Numbered from the stretch's first letter, positions 17,185 to 26,630 are shown. The stretch is 32,000 nt of DNA from Acholeplasma laidlawii PG-8A (GCF_000018785.1 NC_010163.1:1020001-1052000), one strand, 5' to 3'. Notes: generated from the letters alone by a model not told the origin. Made by a program: numbers and translations.

Positions 17185-18585
17185 TTATTTTTCTAATTCT
17201 TTTCTAGCTTTTAAAAATTGGGTAGTATCAACAACATTCATTGGTTTAGTTAAATGATACCCTTGACCATAGTCTACACCTTTTAGAGTTAACATCTCTA
17301 CCATGGCTTGATCTTCAATACCTTCTGCAACAAGCATTAAAGACTTTTTCTTTACAAACTCAATAATCATATCTAAATACTTTCTAAAATTATAATTTTG
17401 TTCTAGTTTGAAGAAATCTTTGTTGAATTTAATCATGTCAATTTGGAATCTTTCAACCAAATCCATGACATCATAGTCAGTTGTAGATATATCTATAGCC
17501 AGTTTAAATCCCAGAGTTTTAATCTTTATTAGATTTCTTCTAAATACTTGATTATTCTTGTAAAGTGTAAAGTCAGGAATTTCTATTGCAATGTTTGATG
17601 CATCTTGACGATACTTTTCAACTAGTCGTTGAAAAATTGTAAATGTCATCTCATTTAAAATTTGTCTAGGTGAAACGTTAATATTAATTACAACATCATT
17701 AAGTCTTTGTTGACTTAAATCTACTAAGAGTTCAAGTGCTTGTTCAACTGCAATATTACCAATATCATCAAGTTCTCCTGTTTGCTCTGCAAGATGCAGG
17801 AACTTAGAAGGTGCTAATATCCCTTTTTTAGGATGATTCCATCGAAGTAATGCTTCTAGTCCATAAACTTTATTCATATCTTTTAAGTTGATGATAGGTT
17901 GATAATAATAAATGAACTCTTTATTATTTTTAGCATTTTTAAGTTCGTGAAATAAGTCTAAACTTTCTTTAGTTTGACTTAACTCCTCTGAATAATACTT
18001 AATGTCATTACCACCACTTCTTTTGACCATATAAAGAGCAATCTCAAGTGATTGGTATAATAAATCTAGATTTTCACCATGAAGCGGATAAGTAGCTATC
18101 GACATAGACACAGTTTTCTTTATTGTAACTTTGTCAAGAATTTGAATTTTCTTTTCTGCTTCTATCTTAATACTTTTTGCTAAATTATATATATTAGAGT
18201 GATCAAATGAAGCAGGTATATATAAATAGAAACGGTCAGGTTTTTCACCTCTAGCAATAACTGATTCTTCGGGTAGTGCACTATTAATGTGTTTTGAAAT
18301 ATAAGAAACGATAAATGTCTCTTCTTCTTTATTAAAAGTATCTACAATTTCTTGAAACTCATCTAAATCAACTAGCATTAAGGTAAAAGGATCATCTTTT
18401 TTCTTACGACGCTTAATAGCACGGTTAATCAATTGATTAAATACATCTATTGAAACAACCTCTTCAGATAATAGAAGTTTTTCATCTTTATATTTTCTAA
18501 TCTCAATTTTAAGTAAAAAGAATAAACCTATAATAAGGCCTATAATAACAACTACTATACCGAACATCAAAAGTATATCGGTCAT
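17185..18585 (-). CDS. GGDEF-EAL protein with both domains degenerate; candidate c-di-GMP receptor/regulator
   Basis: EAL motif GLEALLRW and QGYHLTKP present, but the DDFGTG-equivalent is DISTTD, KIDK is KFNK, and the GGDEF site is GEKPDRF; one N-terminal TM. Confidence 0.83.
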   Translation of the reverse strand: MTDILLMFGIVVVIIGLIIGLFFLLKIEIRKYKDEKLLLSEEVVSIDVFNQLINRAIKRRKKKDDPFTLMLVDLDEFQEIVDTFNKEEETFIVSYISKHINSALPEESVIARGEKPDRFYLYIPASFDHSNIYNLAKSIKIEAEKKIQILDKVTIKKTVSMSIATYPLHGENLDLLYQSLEIALYMVKRSGGNDIKYYSEELSQTKESLDLFHELKNAKNNKEFIYYYQPIINLKDMNKVYGLEALLRWNHPKKGILAPSKFLHLAEQTGELDDIGNIAVEQALELLVDLSQQRLNDVVININVSPRQILNEMTFTIFQRLVEKYRQDASNIAIEIPDFTLYKNNQVFRRNLIKIKTLGFKLAIDISTTDYDVMDLVERFQIDMIKFNKDFFKLEQNYNFRKYLDMIIEFVKKKSLMLVAEGIEDQAMVEMLTLKGVDYGQGYHLTKPMNVVDTTQFLKARKELEK

Positions 18586-20987
18586 AAATTCACCTTCTTT
18601 TTTATAAACTCAAATGCTTCTTTTTCAGGAAGTGCTTGTGAAACATAAAAACCTTGAATAATAGCAGTTGATTCTTTCCTGATTTGTTCTACTTGTTTAT
18701 CAGTTTCTACCCCTTCAATAATAACACCCATTTTAAGATTCTTACCTAAAGCAATCATTGTTTTTAAAATTTGTCTTGCTTTACTAGATGTTTCAATTTC
18801 ATCAACAAATAATTTATCAATTTTTATGTTATCAATCGGTAGACGTTTAAGGTAGTTTAATGAAGAGTAGCCCGTACCAAAGTCATCAAGTTGGATTTTA
18901 AAATTAAGTTCTTTTAGTGCATTAAATTTTTCTACAATAACATCCATTTGTAAAATAAGTAGTGTTTCAGTAAGCTCAATTGCAATCCGACCTGGATCTA
19001 CTTGGTACTTATCTTTTAAAGCAATCAGTTCATTAATAAAACCAGGTTGAAGTAATTGTCTTGGTGAAATATTAAATGAAACATCAATATCCATACCTTC
19101 TAAAGACTTCGCTATTCTAAAGACCTTATCATTAATCACTCGCCCTAAGTCGATGATTAAATTAGATTTTTCTGCTTGTCTAATATAGGTTGCAGGAGAT
19201 TCTTTTATATATTTTGGATTATGCCAACGAAGCAGTAATTCAAAACCAACTACACGTTTTTCATGCAAGTCATATTGTGGTTGCATATACATTTGAAACT
19301 CATCGTTTTCTATACCTTTTCTAATATCTATTTCTAATTGGTTTGCTCTATTTCTTAAATCCAGATAGCGTTCTGTATATATCATTAAGTTATTTGTAGT
19401 AGATACGATTGCACGTTCATAAGTTACATCAACAGCATCTAGTATTTCTTTAGTTGATGCGTTAGTGATGGTACCTTTATTATGTACTATACCAATTAAT
19501 AGTTCTAACTTTACTGGTAAATCGGGTAATAAAATCTTTGTATCAACTAACTCCATCATTTGTTTTGCCCAACCAACGGTTACATCATAATTAACATCTT
19601 TTTGTTGAAGTATGACAAACTCATGTTTTTCGATATGGAATAAATACATATTTGGATACATCTTAGACTGAAATAATTCAATTAATACTTTATTTACTTC
19701 TTGTGACTTTTGACGTCCAATGGATTTAGAAATTTCATCAAAAGACTTAATACCTATGACAATCAAACTAAAGCGATCTTTTCTATTAAGCGTTTCTATC
19801 ATCTCTTCTAGTGCTAATTTATTTTTTAGTCCGCTATCTGGATGTGTTAAAGCTAAATCTTTATATTTATCTAATACATTTGAAGTACTATCAATAATTT
19901 CTCCTATGAGTTGATAGTTTCTTGCATACTTATTAACTAAAAATCTAACTCTTATTTTAGGGTCCAACTTATCACAATCCATATAAAATGGTTTATTTGT
20001 TTTCAATATGGTTGGCATATCTAACTTTTCACTGGTTAGATCAGTTAATAACTTAATTTCATGATGTTTTATTAGATTTAGAAATAATTTATTCATCTTA
20101 CGTATTTGACCTAAACCACCAGCTTCTATCATGATAAGATCAGATCTTAGTGTTTTAGTAATCTTTTCAAACACAATATCATCATCAAAACGTCTTTTGA
20201 CAACCATCAAACTAAATACTACAAAACTTGCAAGGATTAGTAGTCCTAGTGCTAGATAACTCCAAATAACTGGTACAAAAAGTACTAAATAGTCATATTG
20301 ATCATCAACACTTAAGTAAATATAATCACTATCTATTTTAGAATAAGATAATACATATGTTTTAGAATCAAGCGTATAATTTAAAAATCCAAACTCGTTT
20401 TGGCTTAACTTGGTATCTAAGTTGCTATAAACTGATGTCGGAAAATAGTTTGAGCCAAATAGGTTTGTGTTATTTACTGCATCATTCGAATGGTATTTAA
20501 CAATACCGTTAGAATTTAATACAAAACCTGTGTCACCAAAACTTAAACCCACCATTGCTAGCACTTCACTAAATGGTTTGTATGTTACTTGATTAAGTGT
20601 AGGATGCTTTAAGATTAGATAGGTTAGATTTGATGTTTCATCACTAAAGATATCAGATAATCGATTAATTTCATAATTGGATAGTTCACTTACAATTAAA
20701 GTGGATGGATCATAATCTTTTGTAGGCCATGTAAGCGTACCTGCACTATAACTTTCTGTTAACACATCGATTCTTGTGCTAAGTATGTCATATTCTATTT
20801 GGTGTGTTTCAAAAGAGATTCGATTAGCTTCATTTTTAAGGGTTGTGTCTAAGATGAAAATATAAAACAGGCTATATACAACAAGTAAAAAGCCTAAAAT
20901 GATAAATAATCTTAACATGAAGTTTTTAGTTGATTTCGTCAATTTATTCTCCCACCAGTTAAAAATAAATACTAATTTTATATTCAT
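18582..20987 (-). CDS. Membrane sensor with extracytoplasmic domain, degenerate GGDEF and apparently intact EAL phosphodiesterase domain
   Basis: GFELLLRW, FNISPRQLL, IELTE, DDFGTGYSSLNYLKRLP, IKIDK, IEGVET, QGF conserved. The GGDEF site is IEKHEF. Two TMs flank a ~250-aa extracellular region. Confidence 0.86.
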   Translation of the reverse strand: MNIKLVFIFNWWENKLTKSTKNFMLRLFIILGFLLVVYSLFYIFILDTTLKNEANRISFETHQIEYDILSTRIDVLTESYSAGTLTWPTKDYDPSTLIVSELSNYEINRLSDIFSDETSNLTYLILKHPTLNQVTYKPFSEVLAMVGLSFGDTGFVLNSNGIVKYHSNDAVNNTNLFGSNYFPTSVYSNLDTKLSQNEFGFLNYTLDSKTYVLSYSKIDSDYIYLSVDDQYDYLVLFVPVIWSYLALGLLILASFVVFSLMVVKRRFDDDIVFEKITKTLRSDLIMIEAGGLGQIRKMNKLFLNLIKHHEIKLLTDLTSEKLDMPTILKTNKPFYMDCDKLDPKIRVRFLVNKYARNYQLIGEIIDSTSNVLDKYKDLALTHPDSGLKNKLALEEMIETLNRKDRFSLIVIGIKSFDEISKSIGRQKSQEVNKVLIELFQSKMYPNMYLFHIEKHEFVILQQKDVNYDVTVGWAKQMMELVDTKILLPDLPVKLELLIGIVHNKGTITNASTKEILDAVDVTYERAIVSTTNNLMIYTERYLDLRNRANQLEIDIRKGIENDEFQMYMQPQYDLHEKRVVGFELLLRWHNPKYIKESPATYIRQAEKSNLIIDLGRVINDKVFRIAKSLEGMDIDVSFNISPRQLLQPGFINELIALKDKYQVDPGRIAIELTETLLILQMDVIVEKFNALKELNFKIQLDDFGTGYSSLNYLKRLPIDNIKIDKLFVDEIETSSKARQILKTMIALGKNLKMGVIIEGVETDKQVEQIRKESTAIIQGFYVSQALPEKEAFEFIKKKVNL

Positions 20988-21021
20988 TATACATGATTTT
21001 TGAAAAATCTTGATACACCCA

Positions 21022-21060
21022 ATTAAAAACCATCTAAAATTATGATTTTAGATGGTTTAA
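21022..21060 (-). terminator. Rho-independent terminator for the NYN gene
   Basis: Perfect 14-bp stem AAACCATCTAAAAT/ATTTTAGATGGTTT, with a T-run on the minus strand. Confidence 0.88.
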
Positions 21061-21061
21061 T

Positions 21062-21790
21062 TTACGAATGTTTAATTCGAATATATGCTACCTTATCTTC
21101 ATTCTTAACTTCGAAGTCTTTAAATGTTTTAAAGAAGTTTAAAGCTTTTAGTTTAGAACCATAGTTTACAGGGTCAAAACCAGGGCTTTTCTTTCTTAGT
21201 TGGTCAGCGACTATACTCCAGTACGCCCAACCATCGTCTTCTAAGTTATCTTCAATAATTTTTTTAACTTCTTTAATAATTGTTTCCTTCTTAGGGATTA
21301 AAGAATTGCCATTTTTGTCTTTACGTTCTTTTTTAGGTTCTAACGCTTCTAGAATTTGGTCGATGTAGTAAAAACGCTCATAAGAATTAACTAATACTTC
21401 TGGAGTTTTTGACTCACCCATACCAATTAGATACATATTATCTTCTTTTAATCTAATAATTAATTTCGTAAAGTCAGAATCACTTGAGACGATACAAAAT
21501 GCATTCACCTTATTAGAATAGAGAAGATCCATAGCATCAATAACTAACGTAAAGTCTGTAGCATTACCTTTGTTTGATAGGTTTGCATATTGTTGGACGA
21601 AGGTAAGGCTGAATTTTTCAGCCTTACTACGCCATGTTTTTAATCTTTCTTGACTCCAATCCCCATAAACTCGGGCATTGGTGATTTTTCCATGTTTGTT
21701 AGCTTCATTTATAATAATATCTAAATAAATTGGTGAGATATTATCTGCATCAATTAAGAGTGCAATCGTATAATCTCTATCTGTCCTCAT
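21062..21790 (-). CDS. NYN domain (LabA/PIN-like) protein with C-terminal OST-HTH/LOTUS-like domain
   Basis: IALLIDADNISPIYLDIIINEANKHGKITNARVYGDWS; FCIVSSDSDFTKLIIRLKEDNMYLIGMGESKTPEVLVNSYERF; DDGWAYWSIVADQLRKKSPGFDPVNYGSKLKALNFF. Confidence 0.88.
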   Translation of the reverse strand: MRTDRDYTIALLIDADNISPIYLDIIINEANKHGKITNARVYGDWSQERLKTWRSKAEKFSLTFVQQYANLSNKGNATDFTLVIDAMDLLYSNKVNAFCIVSSDSDFTKLIIRLKEDNMYLIGMGESKTPEVLVNSYERFYYIDQILEALEPKKERKDKNGNSLIPKKETIIKEVKKIIEDNLEDDGWAYWSIVADQLRKKSPGFDPVNYGSKLKALNFFKTFKDFEVKNEDKVAYIRIKHS

Positions 21791-22659
21791 CTATTTTGAC
21801 CTATAAAGAACAGTGCAAGTGTACCATGTCCTGCATGAGCACCAATAACTGGTCCTAATGTATTAATTAAAAGAAACTCAACATCAAAGTGTTCTTTTAT
21901 CATTTCAGCTAACTTATTTGCATCTTCAAGTGCATTTGCATGAGAGATGAATACTGTTTGTTTACCTGGTTTAGCAGTTTTTTGCATTTCCTCAAATAAG
22001 CCTTTAACTGCACGTTTACGTCCAATGGCTTTATGACGTGAGATGAGTTTCCCTTCATCTGAAACGTGTAGGATAGGTTTAATGTTTGCAACCGTTGCAA
22101 TAAAACCTGCAACTTTTGAAACACGCCCACCTCGTACTAAATGAGATATATCATCTACTGTAAACCAATGAGCAACCGTAGGTGCTAACTTACTTGCGAA
22201 TTCATAAGTTTCTTCAATGGTTAGTTTTTTATCCATCGACTCTTTTGCAGTTAAATAGACAATTAATCCTTCACCTAGTGAAGCTGCTTTAGTATCAAGT
22301 AGCATAATTTTTCTATCTTTAAATGTTTCTCTTAGTTCTTCTGCAGCAATTCTTGCGCTATTAAATGTACCTGATAATGCGGATGAGAATGCTAGAATTA
22401 AAACATCTTGTCCCGACTTTAAGATGGGTGTTAATTTTTCAACATACTCTTCAGGGTTTACCTGGGAAGTTGTTGGTTTTGCTCCATTTTTAAGTTTTTC
22501 AAAAAACTCTGTAGGGTCAAGTTCTCTATTATCTAAGTAGTTCATGTACTCTTTACCATCTAAATTAAATTTTAGCGGCATTACATGTAATTTTAGTTCT
22601 TGTGCGATATGTTCAGGTAAATCTGTTGTAGAGTCTGTTAAAATTATAAATTTTGACAT
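21787..22659 (-). CDS. DegV family (fatty-acid-binding) protein
   Basis: FIILTDSTTDLPEHIAQ, TSQVNPEEYVE, LSGTFNSAR, DTKAASLGEGL, GPVIGAHAGHGTLALFF. Confidence 0.93.
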   Translation of the reverse strand: MSKFIILTDSTTDLPEHIAQELKLHVMPLKFNLDGKEYMNYLDNRELDPTEFFEKLKNGAKPTTSQVNPEEYVEKLTPILKSGQDVLILAFSSALSGTFNSARIAAEELRETFKDRKIMLLDTKAASLGEGLIVYLTAKESMDKKLTIEETYEFASKLAPTVAHWFTVDDISHLVRGGRVSKVAGFIATVANIKPILHVSDEGKLISRHKAIGRKRAVKGLFEEMQKTAKPGKQTVFISHANALEDANKLAEMIKEHFDVEFLLINTLGPVIGAHAGHGTLALFFIGQNR

Positions 22660-22661
22660 TT

Positions 22662-23318
22662 TTATACCTCTAATACTTTCATTTTAAAATCTTTCGGAAC
22701 TTTTTTTAAGGCTTCCATCAAATTGGGTTTTCTACAATCTAGATTATGACAATCACTAGCGACGATATCAACTAAACCCTTTTTGAAGTATTTTTGAGCT
22801 TGTTTTTTAAATTGTTTTCCATCTAAACCTAATATTGCTCCACTATTAACTTGAGTGATTGCCCCTAGTGATCTTATACGTTCTACATCAAACATATCTA
22901 GATATAAGTAGCGCTCAATGTGCGCTATAATTGGCGTAAATCCTTTTGCCACTAAGTTGTAAACAATATCGTGAATTGGTTCTTTATTTTGAACAGAAAA
23001 TTCTATTAATAGATATTTTTCTTTGAAACCTTGAAAAACAAAGTTATGATACTCTTTTGATTTTTCTTGATTAAATTTAACTTCATATCCTAAGTAAAGC
23101 GTCATTTCTGGTAAATCTACTTCAACACGTTTTTTCAAATCAGCAAATAGTTTAACATATTCTTTTGACGAAACTTTTTGGCTACTATTATGTACATGTG
23201 GTGTAATAATAACCTTATTAACACCACTTTGTAGTTGATGTTTTAATACTGCAAGTGCTTCTTCATATGTTTGTACACCATCATCTACACCAGGTAAAAT
23301 GTGTGTATGTATGTCCAT
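22662..23318 (-). CDS. CpsB/YwqE-type PHP-domain tyrosine phosphatase (ORF track extends to 23420; start ATG near 23318 or 23321 more likely)
   Basis: MDIHTHILPGVDDGVQTYEEALAVLKHQLQSGVNKVIITPHVH; NSGAILG; DIVASDCHN. The RBS-like aagga lies within the end of the preceding gene. Confidence 0.87.
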   Translation of the reverse strand: MDIHTHILPGVDDGVQTYEEALAVLKHQLQSGVNKVIITPHVHNSSQKVSSKEYVKLFADLKKRVEVDLPEMTLYLGYEVKFNQEKSKEYHNFVFQGFKEKYLLIEFSVQNKEPIHDIVYNLVAKGFTPIIAHIERYLYLDMFDVERIRSLGAITQVNSGAILGLDGKQFKKQAQKYFKKGLVDIVASDCHNLDCRKPNLMEALKKVPKDFKMKVLEV

Positions 23319-23325
23319 CATATGC

Positions 23326-24081
23326 TTATGATTTTTCCTTATCAAGATCATCTTGTAGTGATGAATTATATCCATAACCATAGCCATATGTATAAGATAA
23401 TAAATCACTATTTTTAACATCTACTTGTGTAAATGCTATCCCGATGATATTCACTTTGTTTTGTTTTAGAGTTTGGATTGCTTCATTAATTACTGTACGT
23501 TTCGTCTCGTTTTGAGCAACTATAAATAATACACCATCTGCTAATCTTGAAATATATAAGGCATCAGAAACTGCCATAGTTGGAGGTGAATCAAGTAAAA
23601 CGTAATCAAATTCCGTTCTTAATCTAGCAATTAAATCCTTTAATTTTTGTGCTTCTAAGACGTTTACAACTGCAGTTGTACGTTCACCAGCAACAATATA
23701 GTGAACACTAAACTTCTCAGAATAGTTTATTAATGTCTTGTAGTCGATTTTACCAGTTAAGTAGTCTGTTACACCATTTTCATTAGGTGATCTAAAAATT
23801 CTATTAATCTTAGGTTTTCTTAAATCTAAATCTACAATAACAACTTTTTTTCCTTTTTTACCAATTAAATGGGCAACGTTAGAAATAAATGTGGTTTTAC
23901 CAGCACCAGCTAGCGTTGAAGTAAATTGGACGACCTTAAAATTACCATCAACGTTGATATACTCTAAATTCACTAATGCCTTTTGGAAAGCTTCTGCAGT
24001 ATAAGACATAGGTGATTCATACGTTACTAAGTGATCATATTCAGCAATACGCTCTTTTTGAAATAATTTACGTCTTCTCAT
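23326..24081 (-). CDS. CpsD/CapB/YwqD-type tyrosine-protein kinase (BY-kinase)
   Basis: TSTLAGAGKTTFISNVAHLIGKKGKKVVIVDLDLRKP; YVLLDSPPTMAVSDA; C-terminal Tyr cluster YTYGYGYGYN. Confidence 0.9.
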   Translation of the reverse strand: MRRRKLFQKERIAEYDHLVTYESPMSYTAEAFQKALVNLEYINVDGNFKVVQFTSTLAGAGKTTFISNVAHLIGKKGKKVVIVDLDLRKPKINRIFRSPNENGVTDYLTGKIDYKTLINYSEKFSVHYIVAGERTTAVVNVLEAQKLKDLIARLRTEFDYVLLDSPPTMAVSDALYISRLADGVLFIVAQNETKRTVINEAIQTLKQNKVNIIGIAFTQVDVKNSDLLSYTYGYGYGYNSSLQDDLDKEKS

Positions 24082-24821
24082 TTTTTCTTCCCCTCTTTAA
24101 TAAAAAACTCAGGAATAACACCAATGACTTGAATACCAGTACCTTGTTCAAGTTGCTCTTTGGTCATATAAGAGTTATTAAATAGGTGTTTTATAAATGC
24201 TAAGCCGATACCAATAATTGCACCACCCATTAAACCTACGATAATATATAATATTCTATTTGGTGAATCATCAACCGGATCACTTGCTGGTGATAACTCT
24301 ATAAATGAGTCTTCAAACATTAAAATGTCATTTTCTATTAAAATTGTAGTTAATACTGACGTAATCACTTGTGTAAAATCAGCATTAGAGTGGCTATAAC
24401 TAAATTTGATAATAAAAGATGTACTTGATGAAGCAACCGAAATATTACTAATAATGTCACGGTCTGACATCGAATCAAGTAGACTTTGATGTTCTACATT
24501 TGTGATTAAACTACGATATTCCTCAGTTCTTAGTTTTCTTACTATATGAGGACTTCTTGCAAATTCTGCTGCGGTATCAAGTAATCTTTGTGAATTGATT
24601 AAAGTATTAGAATCAACTCTTTCACTTGATACTGGTACTTGAACCAGTATTTCAGAAGTTGATTTATACCTATCTTCTACAAAACGACTTACATAAGCGA
24701 ATGTAAGTACACCCAATAATAATGTGAAAAATGTAATCATGATCCAGTTTAATTTAATAATAGATATAATATCCATTAAACTTAGCCCAGACTCCTGATT
24801 TTCTTTATTTTCTAAATCCAT
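24078..24821 (-). CDS. Wzz/YwqC-type chain-length determinant / BY-kinase modulator
   Basis: Wzz domain GLSLMDIISIIKLNWIMITFFTLLLGVLTFAYV; C-terminal TM LYIIVGLMGGAIIGIGLAFIKHLF; overlaps cpsD-like gene. Confidence 0.87.
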   Translation of the reverse strand: MDLENKENQESGLSLMDIISIIKLNWIMITFFTLLLGVLTFAYVSRFVEDRYKSTSEILVQVPVSSERVDSNTLINSQRLLDTAAEFARSPHIVRKLRTEEYRSLITNVEHQSLLDSMSDRDIISNISVASSSTSFIIKFSYSHSNADFTQVITSVLTTILIENDILMFEDSFIELSPASDPVDDSPNRILYIIVGLMGGAIIGIGLAFIKHLFNNSYMTKEQLEQGTGIQVIGVIPEFFIKEGKKK

Positions 24822-24872
24822 ATAAAAATCTCCCTTTTAAATTGCTCTATATAGTTAATTTATTATAGCACA

Positions 24873-26630
24873 TTAGCTTAATTTTTTAAACAAATCAATT
24901 ACTTGGTCAATATTTTGTTCAATCATTTTTAGTGAATCTACCCAGAATGATTTCTCTGTAATATCAATACCCATAGATGCTGCTACATCTTCTGCATCTG
25001 CCATTGTTGTTAATTTTAATAATTTATCATAGTTTTTAATGAATGCTTCTTTATCTTTTAAGTACTGAGCATATAAGCCTTTTCCGAATAAAAGGCCAAA
25101 TGCATAAGGGAAGTTATAGAAGTTTAAACCTGCACTATAATAGTGTCCTTTAACTAACCACATGTATGGATGTAGGTTTTGATGATCTAAGCCATCTTGA
25201 TATGCTTCTTTTTGAGCTTCTAACATCCAAGTTTTCATTTCATGTTTAGAAATTGGGCGGTTTGCACTTTCAAATACTTTTGATTCAAATAGGAAACGAG
25301 AAAGAATATCAATAATAACTTGTGTATCTCCTTGTAAGCCCATTTCTAAAATAGATAATTTTTCACTATCATCTTTCACACCTGAAAGTAGGAAATCATT
25401 CATAATAGCTTCACAGAAAATTGATGCAGTTTCTGCTAAAGGCATAGAGTAACTCCAATGAAGTGGTGCGTTATCAGAAATAATTTCACCGTGATAAGCA
25501 TGTCCTAATTCATGAGCAAGTGTAGATACATTATCTAGTGCACCAGTAAAGTTTAATAATATTCTTGATTGACCAATTTGTGGTTGATTTGAACAAAATG
25601 CACCACCACGTTTACCCTTTTTAGGGTATACGTCAATCCAGTTTTTATCAAATGTTTTTTGTGCAAAGTTACCAAGTTTTGGTGAGAATGATGTAAATGC
25701 ATTAAACACTAATGATTTAGCCTCATCATAGGTATATGTTTTATTTAAGTTGCCGACAGGAGCAAACATATCATACCAAGGTAGGCTACCTTTATGTCCT
25801 AGGTATTTTGATTTTGCTTTTAAGTAGTTTGCAAATCGAGGTCTAAAGTCCTTCATTGCAGATATCATTGCATCCAGTGTTTCTTTTTTCATGTTGGATT
25901 GATCAAGGGTCTTTTCTAAAGCAGATTCATAACCTCTTAATTCATTCATGGTATTTACTTCACGTTTGATGTTTGTTAATGCAAGTGCTACATAGTCATC
26001 TACTTTTTCGTAAGCCTCTAATTCTTTTTCATAGGCAAGTTTACGTAATTTTTGATCACTGTCATAAGCCATATTTCTAACGTCTGAAAAGGTTTTTTCT
26101 TCACCGTTAATTTCAATCATCATATTAGAAGTTGCAAGTGTTTGAATTTGACTCCAAGAACGAGAACTTAGTTCACTTAGTTTTGCATATAGTGATTCTT
26201 CTGCTTCACTTAATAAATGTTTAGCGCCGTCTTGGTCTTTCTTCAGGTTATATAAGTATTTATTAATAAGTTCAGACTTCGTTGCTAGTTCATCTAAATT
26301 GACAGTTGTTAAATATCTACTAAAGACAACACTTGGTTTTGTTAAACCTCTGTAAATTTGGCTTAATTTAGATAAATAGCCTAGTGCTTCATTATTAGAT
26401 ACATCCGTAGATGATGTAAGGGAAGCAAAACTTCCAATCGTACAACCTAATACAGTGATCTTTTCATCAAATTTAAGTGCTTCTTCAATATATTTAACAT
26501 CATCTTTTACTTCACTTGTTAAATGTGCTGCCATCGCTTGAACTAAGTTGTCTAACTTAGTTAAATCATTTTTGAAGGTTTCATCAAAACCTTTATATAA
26601 ATCGTTTAAATCCCAGTTGATTGCTTTCAT
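24873..26630 (-). CDS. M3 family oligoendopeptidase (PepF-like)
   Basis: Zn-binding motif STLAHELGHAYHGE, FCSNQPQIGQSRILLNFTGALDNV, MAETASIFCEAIM. Confidence 0.92.
   Translation of the reverse strand: MKAINWDLNDLYKGFDETFKNDLTKLDNLVQAMAAHLTSEVKDDVKYIEEALKFDEKITVLGCTIGSFASLTSSTDVSNNEALGYLSKLSQIYRGLTKPSVVFSRYLTTVNLDELATKSELINKYLYNLKKDQDGAKHLLSEAEESLYAKLSELSSRSWSQIQTLATSNMMIEINGEEKTFSDVRNMAYDSDQKLRKLAYEKELEAYEKVDDYVALALTNIKREVNTMNELRGYESALEKTLDQSNMKKETLDAMISAMKDFRPRFANYLKAKSKYLGHKGSLPWYDMFAPVGNLNKTYTYDEAKSLVFNAFTSFSPKLGNFAQKTFDKNWIDVYPKKGKRGGAFCSNQPQIGQSRILLNFTGALDNVSTLAHELGHAYHGEIISDNAPLHWSYSMPLAETASIFCEAIMNDFLLSGVKDDSEKLSILEMGLQGDTQVIIDILSRFLFESKVFESANRPISKHEMKTWMLEAQKEAYQDGLDHQNLHPYMWLVKGHYYSAGLNFYNFPYAFGLLFGKGLYAQYLKDKEAFIKNYDKLLKLTTMADAEDVAASMGIDITEKSFWVDSLKMIEQNIDQVIDLFKKLS

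Noticed and set aside
23319-23420. N-terminal extension of the CpsB-like ORF to 23420
   Set aside because: It overlaps the end of the CpsD-like gene by ~95 nt. The PHP motif MDIHTHILPG begins at ~23318 behind an RBS-like aagga.
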